This document shows positions 55,283 through 64,000 of a DNA stretch of 64,000 nt, piece by piece. A program made the translations under genes and the position numbers. The stretch's first letter is position 1. Each line of letters opens with the position of its first letter. The DNA comes from Oscillospiraceae bacterium (GTDB lineage: Bacteria > Bacillota_I > Bacilli_A > RFN20 > CAG-288), in contig CAVJZP010000001.1 in the NCBI GenBank assembly GCA_963654365.1, positions 16,862 through 80,861 of the forward strand, in the 5' to 3' direction. Under the pieces are notes generated by a model. That model was not told the DNA's origin and did no database searches. It saw nothing but the letters and a program-made list of their open reading frames with translations.

Positions 55283-56896
55283 TTATTTCGTAGGACCATC
55301 AATCAATTCGGTGAGATAATTGACTTCATCATCCTTCTTCAGTCTGGGGAAGAGAGCAGAGAGAGTGTTGATATGGATGTTGGATAACTTTCCGATGGTA
55401 TGAGTGGAAGAAAGGGTTCTAAGCTCTTCAGGTACATTTTCCTGATCGAGAGCGTCTTTGGTTTTGATCGGCATGATAGGAGAGAGAATGATGGATCCGA
55501 CACGGATGATTTCACTGGCTGCATAGAGGCATTCCTTCAAGAGATCGACATTTCCATTCTTAGCCTGAGACCAAGGAGCAACATCATCGAAGTACTTGTT
55601 TCCGAGGTTGACCAGTTCGATTGCTTTATCGGCGCCTTCTGTGATCCTCAGTTCTTCCATGTAGGTATTATACTGAAGCAGTTTCTCTTCGATATCTAAG
55701 TAGAGTTTCTTGGTGAATTCACTTGTCGGTTCCTTGTATTCCGGAATCACACCTTCAAAGTATTTGTTGATCATGGAGAGAGTGCGGTTGACAAGGTTAC
55801 CATAGGAGTTGGCTAAGTCGGAATTGAGTCGGTCGACAAACTGCATCGGAGTGAAGTTGCCATCCGTTCCGAACTGAATCTCACGGACAATGTAATAGCG
55901 TAAGGAGTCAACACCATATCTTTCGATCAGCGGATAAGGAGAGATGGCATTTCCAAGAGACTTGGAGAGTTTGACACCGCTCTTTGTCAGAAGGAGACCA
56001 TGGACGATGACTTTGTCCGGCTCACGGATGTTCAGTGCCTTTAAGAGAATCGGCCAATAGATTGTATGGAATCTTGTGATATCTCTCCCGACGAGATGGA
56101 CAATCTCTGCATCATCACCCCAGAAGGTGTTAAAGAGATGCTCATCATTCGTCTTATATCCTAAGGCGGAGATGTAGTTCAAAAGCGCATCGATCCAGAC
56201 ATAGATGACATGCTTCGGATTCTCGTGAATCGGAATACCCCAGGTGAAAGAGGTTCTCGTGATGCAGAGATCTTCCAATCCTGGCTTGATGAAGGTATTG
56301 ATCATCTCATTCATCTTATCCTTGGAGAAGAAATCCGGATGTTCGTTGTAGAATTCCAAAAGCCAAGGAACGAATTTCTTGACGTTGAGGAAGTAGGCCT
56401 CTTCGGAATCGAGATGGACCGGTCTATGGCAGTCCGGGCAGAAATGATTACCGTTCTCATCGGTGATGACCTGACTGTCACTCCAGAATGTCTCATCGGG
56501 AGTGCAGTACCATCCCTGATATTTTCCAAGATAGATATCACCTTTCTCTAAAAGTTCAGTGAATACTTTCTGAACAAGAGCGACATGATAGTCATCGGTT
56601 GTTCTGACATAGTAATCATAAGAGATATCCAGCGCTTTCCAGACATCCTTGAAAGAATTGGCGATGTTATCGACATAGGTCTGAGGATCCAATCCTGCTG
56701 CTTCTGCTTTTTCCTGAATCTTCTGTCCGTGTTCATCAGAACCTGTCATGAAACGGACGTTGTATCCGGCAAGTCTTTTATATCTTGCGATGGTATCGGC
56801 GCAAACACAGCAATAGGTGTGACCGATGTGAATGTTTCCGGATGCGTAATAAATCGGAGTCGTAATGTAGAAATTTTTCTTTTTGTTATCAGCCAT
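55283..56896 (-). CDS. metG: Methionine--tRNA ligase (short form without C-terminal tRNA-binding domain)
   Basis: FYITTPIYYASGNIHIGHTY (HIGH motif), KLSKSLGN (KMSKS motif), CPDCHRPV zinc knuckle. A CAGGAGG SD precedes the ATG. Confidence 0.93.
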   Translation of the reverse strand: MADNKKKNFYITTPIYYASGNIHIGHTYCCVCADTIARYKRLAGYNVRFMTGSDEHGQKIQEKAEAAGLDPQTYVDNIANSFKDVWKALDISYDYYVRTTDDYHVALVQKVFTELLEKGDIYLGKYQGWYCTPDETFWSDSQVITDENGNHFCPDCHRPVHLDSEEAYFLNVKKFVPWLLEFYNEHPDFFSKDKMNEMINTFIKPGLEDLCITRTSFTWGIPIHENPKHVIYVWIDALLNYISALGYKTNDEHLFNTFWGDDAEIVHLVGRDITRFHTIYWPILLKALNIREPDKVIVHGLLLTKSGVKLSKSLGNAISPYPLIERYGVDSLRYYIVREIQFGTDGNFTPMQFVDRLNSDLANSYGNLVNRTLSMINKYFEGVIPEYKEPTSEFTKKLYLDIEEKLLQYNTYMEELRITEGADKAIELVNLGNKYFDDVAPWSQAKNGNVDLLKECLYAASEIIRVGSIILSPIMPIKTKDALDQENVPEELRTLSSTHTIGKLSNIHINTLSALFPRLKKDDEVNYLTELIDGPTK

Positions 56897-56986
56897 ATGA
56901 AAGCCTCCTGTAACAAATGCATTTTATTATAGTGTTCTATCTATCAAAAAGACAAGAAAGGAACCTATTCTCTTACTATATTTTTG

Positions 56987-57880
56987 TTATATATTACTGA
57001 TTTCATCTAAGTATTCGTCTGTTTTCCTATCCAAATATTCTAAGTCATCTTCGTTAAACAATGAGGAATTCAGACTTTGAAAAGCTGGATATCCCCAGCC
57101 GTGGAAAAGGCCTCTTGGTCCAAGGTATTCGTGGCTATCTTTTGGAAAGCAGGAAGATGCCATAATCAAGGAAAGAGATGCTTTCTCCGGTGACATGAAT
57201 ATCAGTTTCATCGGCAGTCTCAACAGAGAAAGAATGACCTTCGGATAGGCTTTGTTCTCCTTGGAGAATAATCCTGTGTAACTGATTCCAGGATGAGCGA
57301 TATAACAATGGATTCCATGTCTTCTCAGATAGATGGTCTCCATCATAAGGAGCCGTTTGAGAAATCCGTATCTTTTTATTCCACTTTTGATATTCAGCCC
57401 TTGTATCTCTTTAGAAAATTCGTGATAGCGGTAAGAGATACTTGCCGTATTTACGAAAACCATTTCCTTATTATATTTAGAGAGTTCTTTCATAAACAGG
57501 ACAGGTATGAGATAGTCAATCTTAAAAGAAACATCCAATCCGTCTATGACTTCTATTGGATGTTTGAATACACCTGCATTATTGTAGAATACATCGATTT
57601 TCTTTTCTTTTGCGTAGAGGAGAAACTTCTTTGCTTCTTCGATATTTGCTAAATCGAGAACATAAATCTCAGTCTTGGCTTTCCTGTTGGATAATTCCGA
57701 CTGAAGCTCTTCTAGTTTCTTTTTGTTTCTTCCAATGAGAATGAGATTTACGTTCCGATACGAAAAGAAAAAGCAGATGCTTTTTCCGATGCTTCCTGTT
57801 GCACCAGTCACCGCAATCGTGATGTTATCCCTATAGTGGATAAGAGAACTGATCTTAGCAAAATACTTTTCCTGTTTCAT
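56987..57880 (-). CDS. SDR-family NAD(P)-dependent oxidoreductase
   Basis: ITIAVTGATGSIGKSI (TGxxGxxG), NNAGVF, and a Rossmann-fold layout. Confidence 0.7.
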   Translation of the reverse strand: MKQEKYFAKISSLIHYRDNITIAVTGATGSIGKSICFFFSYRNVNLILIGRNKKKLEELQSELSNRKAKTEIYVLDLANIEEAKKFLLYAKEKKIDVFYNNAGVFKHPIEVIDGLDVSFKIDYLIPVLFMKELSKYNKEMVFVNTASISYRYHEFSKEIQGLNIKSGIKRYGFLKRLLMMETIYLRRHGIHCYIAHPGISYTGLFSKENKAYPKVILSLLRLPMKLIFMSPEKASLSLIMASSCFPKDSHEYLGPRGLFHGWGYPAFQSLNSSLFNEDDLEYLDRKTDEYLDEISNI

Positions 57881-57897
57881 ATTCTCATTATAAACGA

Positions 57898-57934
57898 AGA
57901 AAACAAAATAGCTGCCAGGATTTCTCTTGGCAGC
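57898..57934 (-). terminator. Rho-independent terminator after the FAD-protein gene
   Basis: GCTGCCAGG pairs with CTTGGCAGC, with a T-rich run on the minus strand. Confidence 0.5.
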
Positions 57935-57941
57935 GTCTTAT

Positions 57942-59354
57942 TCAAATCTTTTTCATGATGGTATCTGCAACGTAGATACCAGTTGCGGAAGCCTGCATCA
58001 GGCCTCTTGTGACACCGGCTCCATCACCGATAGTGTACAAACCATCGATATTGGTCATCAGCTCATTGTTGACTTTGACTTTTGTGGAATAGAACTTCAC
58101 TTCAACACCATAGAGTAAGGTATTCTTGCTGTATAGTCCAGGACAGAGATGATCGAATGCCTTCAAGGATTCAATGATGGTTGTTAGGTGACGGGGTGGG
58201 AGAACGAAGGATAAGTCGCCAGGTACTGCAGTCTTCAAAGTCGGGACCGTTGTCGACTTTGCTAGTCTCTCTTTCGTCGTTCTTCTTCCTTTGAGTAGGT
58301 CACCTAATCTCTGGACCATGATAGGACCACCGGTAAGCATATTAGCTAACTTTGCCACATACTGACCGTATTCGATCGGCTGGTTGAAGGGCTCAGTGAA
58401 CTTTGTGGAGACGAGGATAGCGAAGTTGGTATTGTTTGTCCACTTGCTCTTGTCTCCGTAACTATGTCCGTTGACAACGGCAAGGCCGTTCTCGTAATGC
58501 TCTTCGGAGACGACGCCTCCTGGATTCATGCAGAACGTTCTTACTTTGTTTTCATAGGTGTCTCCGTAGTAGACCATCTTGGCCTCGTATAAGACTTTTG
58601 TGACACAGTCCATGACGGAGTTAGGGACTTCAACTCTGACACCGATATCGACTTCGTTATTGCTCGTTGGGATGTTGAGTTTTTTGACGGTCTGATCCAA
58701 CCATTCGGCTCCTCCTCTTCCCGGTGCGACAACGATATGGTTGGACAACACGGTGAACTCCTCTTTGTTGAACGGCTTTAAAGTGACACCTTTTACCTTA
58801 TTGTTCTCGACAAGGATATCTTTTGCCTCCGTCAAAGGAAGGAAGGTGATATTCTTGTTCTTCATGAGTTCATCATACATGCCAGAGAGCACGTTGTAGG
58901 CTCTTTCCGTTCCTAAGTGACGGATGGGGCAGCGGATCAGTTTGATGTTATAGCGCGACGCGTTATAGGCAATCTCATCAATCTTTTTGTCGTCCATGCC
59001 CTCAATGACTTCATCGGCTCCGAAGTGAAGATAGTATTCATCTGCTTCATGAATCAGTTCCATCGCCTTGTCGTGACCGACATATTCGTTGAGATGGCCA
59101 CCGACATCATCGGATAAGGAAAGCTTTCCGTCCGAAAAAGCACCGGCACCGGACCATCCGGAGACAATAGCGCACGGTTTGCAGTGAGCGCATACTCCTG
59201 TTTTTCTTGCCGGACATACTCTGGATGCGATATCTCGTCCCATATCGACGATGAGGACTTTTAGATTCGGCATCTTATCATTCAGCTTCAGTGCAGTGAA
59301 AATGCCAGCAGGTCCAGCGCCGACAATGACAACATCATATTTCAATTGTTCCAT
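57942..59354 (-). CDS. FAD-dependent protein (uncharacterised FAD-dependent dehydrogenase family, COG2509-like)
   Basis: YDVVIVGAGPAGIFTAL is a dinucleotide-binding motif. The C-terminus has GLYTIGDGAGVTRGLMQA. Confidence 0.75.
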   Translation of the reverse strand: MEQLKYDVVIVGAGPAGIFTALKLNDKMPNLKVLIVDMGRDIASRVCPARKTGVCAHCKPCAIVSGWSGAGAFSDGKLSLSDDVGGHLNEYVGHDKAMELIHEADEYYLHFGADEVIEGMDDKKIDEIAYNASRYNIKLIRCPIRHLGTERAYNVLSGMYDELMKNKNITFLPLTEAKDILVENNKVKGVTLKPFNKEEFTVLSNHIVVAPGRGGAEWLDQTVKKLNIPTSNNEVDIGVRVEVPNSVMDCVTKVLYEAKMVYYGDTYENKVRTFCMNPGGVVSEEHYENGLAVVNGHSYGDKSKWTNNTNFAILVSTKFTEPFNQPIEYGQYVAKLANMLTGGPIMVQRLGDLLKGRRTTKERLAKSTTVPTLKTAVPGDLSFVLPPRHLTTIIESLKAFDHLCPGLYSKNTLLYGVEVKFYSTKVKVNNELMTNIDGLYTIGDGAGVTRGLMQASATGIYVADTIMKKI

Positions 59355-59961
59355 ATCAATAATTTCCCAAGCGAAAATTATAAGAACTCAACTTGCTAAA
59401 GTATAGTCTTATATTTCAGAGTGATTTGAGATAAAATAAATGAAATACAGATTTGAAAAAGGCGTTGGAAAGCAAATATTGGAAAAAGACTACTGATGAA
59501 GAAATGATGTTACATTGAGTAATAAACCTTATTTATATCAAAGAATTTTCTTCAAAAAGTAACATCATGATAGAGGTGACACCTTCTAAAAATCTTTTTC
59601 AACTTACATTTTGAAACTGTTGTCCTATACATTCATGATAAATGCAAACTATGGAGAAGGTTTCAATGTTGCATATTTCTTTTGGTGTGAATTGAATTAC
59701 GGATAGTGTAGTATTAGTTTTTTGATTTTATAGTGGCTTTGTAAAAAAAGACTTAGTAATATGTATTATTAGATTACAAGTTTGTACGGAATGACTGATA
59801 AAACATAATCTTATGGTGAATTTGAATTTAGCATCTTATATAAGAAAATTAGAAACGGTGAAAATCGCTTGCTTATCTTATGATTAATCACTGTGAACTT
59901 TACTTTTACTCCAATCTGCGATTTATATGGAATAATGAGGTGGCGATTCTTTTATAATGAT

Positions 59962-60312
59962 TTATTGTATTTTCAGTAATTTTTCATACATTTCCGGAAT
60001 CCAACGGTTAACTGTGTCATAAACAATTGTTAGGTTTACGATGCCATATTCATGTACTATCTTATTTCGCATGCCTTTTATGGCGACCCAAGGAATATCA
60101 TTGTGTTGGCTTTTAAATGATTCAGATAGGCGACCATCGTTTTCAGCAATTTGAATGATTCGAAACAGGATCAAGTCTACTAATATGTCATTTTTTTCGA
60201 TTTCTTTCTTTGTTTTTCCTTTTGTATGTTTGATTATGTAACTCAAGTTTGAAATAATCTTATCAAGATAGTATTTGTCGTTTTTGAGATTATCCATAAA
60301 TTTTGATTCCAT
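59962..60312 (-). CDS. hepT: HepT-type HEPN (DUF86) ribonuclease toxin
   Basis: RNKIVHEYG matches the R-x4-H-x-Y HEPN motif. The gene overlaps the upstream MNT gene. An alternative start at 60297 gives an ATGGATAA overlap. Confidence 0.8.
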   Translation of the reverse strand: MESKFMDNLKNDKYYLDKIISNLSYIIKHTKGKTKKEIEKNDILVDLILFRIIQIAENDGRLSESFKSQHNDIPWVAIKGMRNKIVHEYGIVNLTIVYDTVNRWIPEMYEKLLKIQ

Positions 60313-60769
60313 GCTTTAGAATTTCATGAACAAGAGTGGGATTGTTGTCTAACTGTGCTTCGTCTAACAGGTCGATTCTCTTCATTAGTTTTTCTCTCAG
60401 GATCTCTGTCAATTCAAAGAATTTCATTCCATCTATTGGCATAGATATGAGTAAATCAATATCGCTTGTCTCGGTTGCTTTGCCTTTGGCATAGGAACCG
60501 AATAAATAACAGTATTCAATAGAATAATTTTTGAAAATTTCATCACATGTCTTCTTAATTTGATCGATAGTCAGTATTCCATGTTCTTCATCTATTTTTC
60601 CGTATTCGTTTAATGCCTGAAGGATATAGTTGTATTTTAACGGACTAATCTTATTTTCACCGGATTCATAACGCTTATATGTCCGAAGTGATAACTGAAG
60701 TGCTTTTGCACATTCGACTTGGGTCATTCCTTTTTCTGTCCGTAATTCTCTTAATGTCATGTTTGCCAC
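60290..60769 (-). CDS. mntA: MNT-type nucleotidyltransferase antitoxin fused to an N-terminal XRE helix-turn-helix
   Basis: The N-terminus is LRELRTEKGMTQVECAKALQLSLRTYKRYESG (HTH). It is followed by FGSYAKGKATETSDIDLLI, the G-S-x(n)-D-x-D minimal NTase motif. Confidence 0.8.
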   Translation of the reverse strand: MANMTLRELRTEKGMTQVECAKALQLSLRTYKRYESGENKISPLKYNYILQALNEYGKIDEEHGILTIDQIKKTCDEIFKNYSIEYCYLFGSYAKGKATETSDIDLLISMPIDGMKFFELTEILREKLMKRIDLLDEAQLDNNPTLVHEILKHGIKIYG

Positions 60770-60912
60770 TCTCCATTATTAGTATATCAGAATGACACCA
60801 TAAATAAAACAGATAAAGTGCCAAAATGACACCTTATATTATTTAACATGGTGCCAAAAAAGATGTGACATATGGTTGAGGAGCTTGAAAGCACAGTTAT
60901 TTGAGATAATGG

Positions 60913-62253
60913 TTAGTCTTGATTGTCATTCTTTTCCCAATAGCCGTCTTTGTTCGAGCCGATTCTGTGGATATATCCTTTTGTATAAAGAGACAAGAGA
61001 GTGCGTTGGACTGTCTTTTCAGACTTCCCTAATTTGATTGCCATATCCTTTTTTGATACTCGAGATTCATTAGATATTAGTTTTAATAGCATTTTCTCGT
61101 TATCGTTTAGCGTCTCCGTCTCTTCTGTTTTGGGTATCGTAGAGAAACCAGGCCTATAGAATTCGAAGAAGAAACCGTAGGCTTCTTTTCTGAAACCCCA
61201 TTTTACATTGGATTCCTTGCATAGTTCATTGACTCTTTGAAATCCAGTTCCTGACTTTTCGACATCCTTGCTACGGAATAAGACATCAAGTATCAGTTTG
61301 TTTCTTTTGTAGGAAGGCATATTTTTGTTGATGAAATCATAGGGTGTAAGATCTTCGGGAAAGGAACCTGGATTATAGATTTCTATTTTTCCTGGATGGA
61401 TTCCGATTTCTATTTCTGGACTGGTCTCATAATCCGAATGTGCAAAGGCGTTTACAATGATTTCACGAAGAGCCATTTCTGGTATTTCCGGAGTTTCTTC
61501 TCTTTTTCTTTTGGTGATGATGGGTTTCCAATTGATATGGTTCAGGACATACTGCAAAGCCTGTGTTATCAGATTGTAGATATTCCCATTCAACAATTTT
61601 AGATCTATAAAAATAACCTTGTTTTCTGTGGCATATGTTGCTAATTTCAAACCAATCTTTGCATCTTTTCCAAATAGAGCAAAGCATCCATTGTTGATGA
61701 AATTGTTCGTCATCAAATCCAAACATGCCAATAGTCTTTCTTTATCGTATTGGGGAATGTTAAGTCTTCCGCAATTGCAAGCGGATTTATAGAAATCCAA
61801 CAATGCTGTATCGTCGATATCTTCAATGGTGTGGTTTGTCATTTCTTCTTCCCATTTTGAGGAGTAGTCATCATGTCTTATCAATCTCTTTAGGTCTTCA
61901 TTTGTCATCTTTTTGTTTTCTGTTCCAATTCGGATAAGATACTTTCCACCAGAAGAGTAAGGCCTATTTCTTCCTGAAAACGACACTTTAAGAATCTGCT
62001 TTCCGTCCACTTTCAATTCCTCTATGGTTGGTGTGATTTTTGGCTCAATGAGGTCATTGATTGTTCGTGACACATCTTTCTTAGTACTATCGGTTATCTG
62101 TTGCCCGGTCACAAAACCGTTATCATCCACGCCAAAATATAGTGTGCCTTTGCAATGCTTATTCAGGATGGCTGCGATTGCTTCGGTTGCCTCCTTCTTT
62201 TCTCCTGTTGTTAACTTGAATTCTAGGACTTCACTCTCTGAACCAATAATCAT
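60913..62253 (-). CDS. AlbA_2 (Schlafen-like) / HATPase_c_4-like / winged-HTH protein, paralogue of 46395-47762
   Basis: SESEVLEFKLTTGEKKEATEAIAAILNKHCKGTLYFGVDDNGFVTGQ is the AlbA_2 signature. The C-terminus is wHTH-like (MLLKLISNESRVSKKDMAIKLGKSEKTVQRTLLSLYTKGYIHRIG). Confidence 0.75.
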   Translation of the reverse strand: MIIGSESEVLEFKLTTGEKKEATEAIAAILNKHCKGTLYFGVDDNGFVTGQQITDSTKKDVSRTINDLIEPKITPTIEELKVDGKQILKVSFSGRNRPYSSGGKYLIRIGTENKKMTNEDLKRLIRHDDYSSKWEEEMTNHTIEDIDDTALLDFYKSACNCGRLNIPQYDKERLLACLDLMTNNFINNGCFALFGKDAKIGLKLATYATENKVIFIDLKLLNGNIYNLITQALQYVLNHINWKPIITKRKREETPEIPEMALREIIVNAFAHSDYETSPEIEIGIHPGKIEIYNPGSFPEDLTPYDFINKNMPSYKRNKLILDVLFRSKDVEKSGTGFQRVNELCKESNVKWGFRKEAYGFFFEFYRPGFSTIPKTEETETLNDNEKMLLKLISNESRVSKKDMAIKLGKSEKTVQRTLLSLYTKGYIHRIGSNKDGYWEKNDNQD

Positions 62254-62287
62254 AATTTGCTCTCTTTTGGCAGCATTATTATATAGG

Positions 62288-62323
62288 ATGTCCAGATAAA
62301 TGTCCGGATAAATGTCCAGATAA
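62288..62323. repeat. 12-bp tandem repeat, 3 copies (ATGTCCAGATAA / ATGTCCGGATAA / ATGTCCAGATAA)
   Basis: Counted directly in the sequence. It lies 35-70 bp upstream of the start of the AlbA_2 gene at 62253. Confidence 0.9.
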
Positions 62324-62441
62324 AATCATGTTTCCATATCCTATGTTTCATGGGGCAAAAAAAGTGTATGCGGCTTCTTGCTTCCTGAAATTCAAATTGT
62401 TGTTTCCAAGCACCTATCGTTAGCGGTATAATAAAATTCGT

Positions 62442-62852
62442 ATGAACATTTTGTTTTTCTTGATACCGAAGAGCCAAGTAGCCTATGTCGAGGATGATTT
62501 TACTTTGCGTCAAGTCGCCGAAAAACTGCACAATCGCGGATACTCTGCTATTCCGATTCTGAACAAAGAGGGAAAGTATGTCAACACAATCTCTGTTGGT
62601 GATTTATTCTGGTTTCTTAAGAAATACACAGAAATGAATTACAAGAGTGCGGAGAGCATACCGATTACAGATGTTCCTTTGGAAAGAAATGTTCAGGCGA
62701 TCCGATTTGATGCGAAGATGGAAGATCTTCTGAGTCTGGCTATGGCACAGAACTTTGTCCCAGTGTTGGATGATGCTGGTGTCTTCATGGGTATTGTTAC
62801 AAGAAAAGCGATAATTGAATACTTCGTCAAAGACGTAAAAATCAAAGAATGA
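62442..62852 (+). CDS. CBS domain pair protein
   Basis: 136 aa consisting of two CBS-like units ([43 protein letters not shown]). Confidence 0.75.
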   Translation: MNILFFLIPKSQVAYVEDDFTLRQVAEKLHNRGYSAIPILNKEGKYVNTISVGDLFWFLKKYTEMNYKSAESIPITDVPLERNVQAIRFDAKMEDLLSLAMAQNFVPVLDDAGVFMGIVTRKAIIEYFVKDVKIKE

Positions 62853-62862
62853 GGTAAAACGT

Positions 62863-64000
62863 ATGGAAAAGTACATCTTTGTGACGGGCGGTGTCATATC
62901 TGGTCTTGGAAAAGGTATCACTGCAGCTTCTTTAGGACGTCTGTTGAAGGCTCGTGGATATAAGATCACGATGCAGAAATTTGACCCCTATCTCAATGTG
63001 GATCCCGGTACGATGTCTCCGATTCAGCATGGTGAGGTTTTCGTCACCGAAGACGGTACGGAAACCGACTTGGATTTAGGCCATTATGAAAGATTCATCG
63101 ATGAGAACCTGGATCATGGTTCCAATGTCACCACTGGAAAAGTCTACGAGACTGTCCTTGCCAAGGAAAGACATGGCGATTATGGAGGAGGAACTGTCCA
63201 GGTCATCCCTCATGTCACCAATGAAATCAAATCCAGATTCCATCGCAATTTCCGCAATGATGAGACAGGAATCACCATCGTTGAGATCGGTGGTACCATC
63301 GGCGATATTGAGTCTCAGCCTTTCTTTGAGGCTATCCGTCAGTTCCGCCATGAAGTCGGTGCTGAGAATGTCTGTATTGTCATCGTCTCTTTGATCCCGT
63401 ATCTGAGAGCAAGCGAAGAACTGAAGACCAAGCCGACCCAAATGGCTGTGAAGACAATGCAGTCCATGGGCTTACAGCCGGATATTGTTGTCTGCAGAAG
63501 CGAACTCGAGATTCCTAAGAATGTCATCGACAAGATTTCCCTCTTCTGCAATGTTGCTCCGAATCATGTCCTTCCGAACTATGACTGTGAATCCGTCTAT
63601 GAGCTTCCTTTGATGTTAGAGAAGGAAAAGTTTGCTCAGGCTGTCTGTGAGACACTTCACATCCCTTCTCCGGAACCGGATCTGTCGGTCTGGGAGAACC
63701 TCGTCGGAAAGGTCAAGAACAGCAAAGACAAGATCAAAATCGGATTGGTCGGCAAATATGTTGTCCTTCATGATGCCTATATCTCTGTCAATGAGGCTTT
63801 GAAGGCGGCTGGCTGGTATTACAACAAGAAGGTAGAGATTCACTTTATCGATTCTGAGACCATCACCAAAGAGAATGCAAATGAATTGCTGAAGGATATG
63901 AATGGCATTATCGTTCCTGGCGGATTCGGTTCCCGCGGCATTCAGGGAATGCTCAATGCTATCGAATACGCCAGAGTGAACAAGGTTCCTTATTTAGGTA
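62863..64000 (+). CDS. pyrG: CTP synthase (5' part; continues beyond the window)
   Basis: I translated this by hand because there is no stop in the window. It reads [78 protein letters not shown], the canonical PyrG N-terminus. A GAGG SD precedes the ATG at 62863. Confidence 0.93.
   Translation, partial: MEKYIFVTGGVISGLGKGITAASLGRLLKARGYKITMQKFDPYLNVDPGTMSPIQHGEVFVTEDGTETDLDLGHYERFIDENLDHGSNVTTGKVYETVLAKERHGDYGGGTVQVIPHVTNEIKSRFHRNFRNDETGITIVEIGGTIGDIESQPFFEAIRQFRHEVGAENVCIVIVSLIPYLRASEELKTKPTQMAVKTMQSMGLQPDIVVCRSELEIPKNVIDKISLFCNVAPNHVLPNYDCESVYELPLMLEKEKFAQAVCETLHIPSPEPDLSVWENLVGKVKNSKDKIKIGLVGKYVVLHDAYISVNEALKAAGWYYNKKVEIHFIDSETITKENANELLKDMNGIIVPGGFGSRGIQGMLNAIEYARVNKVPYLG

Noticed and set aside
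56897-56986. A possible T-box leader upstream of metG.
   Set aside because: Only about 90 bp separate metG from the upstream gene. That is too short for a T-box, and no T-box consensus sequence is visible. A TATAAT about 30 nt from the ATG suggests a simple promoter.
59819-62398. An inverted 11-mer (AATTTGAATTT at 59819-59829, and its reverse complement at 62388-62398), considered as possible terminal inverted repeats of the TA islet.
   Set aside because: It is an AT-rich, internally repetitive 11-mer. I estimate that about one such match is expected by chance between the two AT-rich flanks, and it does not extend.
62250-62531. A 93-aa minus-strand ORF spanning the AlbA_2 / CBS intergenic region.
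   Set aside because: It overlaps the CBS gene start. Its odd FIRTFIWTFIRTFIW sequence is just the translation of the 12-bp tandem repeats. It has no SD.
1-64000. A search by eye for CRISPR arrays, rRNA/tRNA genes, transposases, integrases, reverse transcriptases and prophage genes.
   Set aside because: I recognised none. The only tandem repeats are the two short 12-bp arrays and the in-gene module duplication reported above.

Overview
This 64-kb chromosomal window comes from a low-GC Gram-positive (Bacillota-type) genome. It has Mollicutes/Erysipelotrichia-like traits: many Cys-lipobox lipoproteins and ABC transporter subunits with large insertions. The taxon is an inference only. Coding density is high, and I recognised no rRNA, tRNA, CRISPR array, transposase or integrase. 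Housekeeping content: rpmH-rnpA-yidC-jag, rsmA-rnmV-tatD-mnmE on the opposite strand, pepT, rpmE, manA, metG, and the 5' part of pyrG running off the window end. Surface and nutrition content: an HExxH metalloprotease lipoprotein, a GLUG-repeat lipoprotein, a 1345-aa S8 cell-envelope protease, a five-gene Opp-type peptide ABC operon with oversized subunits, and an Fbp/Afu-type ABC importer. Items most worth follow-up: (1) a 1071-aa cytoplasmic coiled-coil protein with two mutually similar, apparently nuclease-dead HNH-like modules; (2) a 954-aa ORF that looks like an ATPase-dead remnant of a DUF4011/SF1-helicase protein; (3) two paralogous AlbA_2/Schlafen-like genes that look AT-richer than their surroundings. 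One is a single-gene cassette bracketed by a 13-bp direct repeat. The other heads an AT-rich islet with an XRE-HTH::MNT / HepT toxin-antitoxin pair; (4) a carrier-protein locus (adenylating enzyme, ACP, acyl-ACP thioesterase, lipoprotein, GPH transporter) ending in an Sfp-type PPTase homologue whose three canonical metal ligands are all substituted, with a divergent FAD enzyme next to it. All family assignments rest on motifs read by eye and remembered family signatures. No database search or numeric composition analysis was possible.
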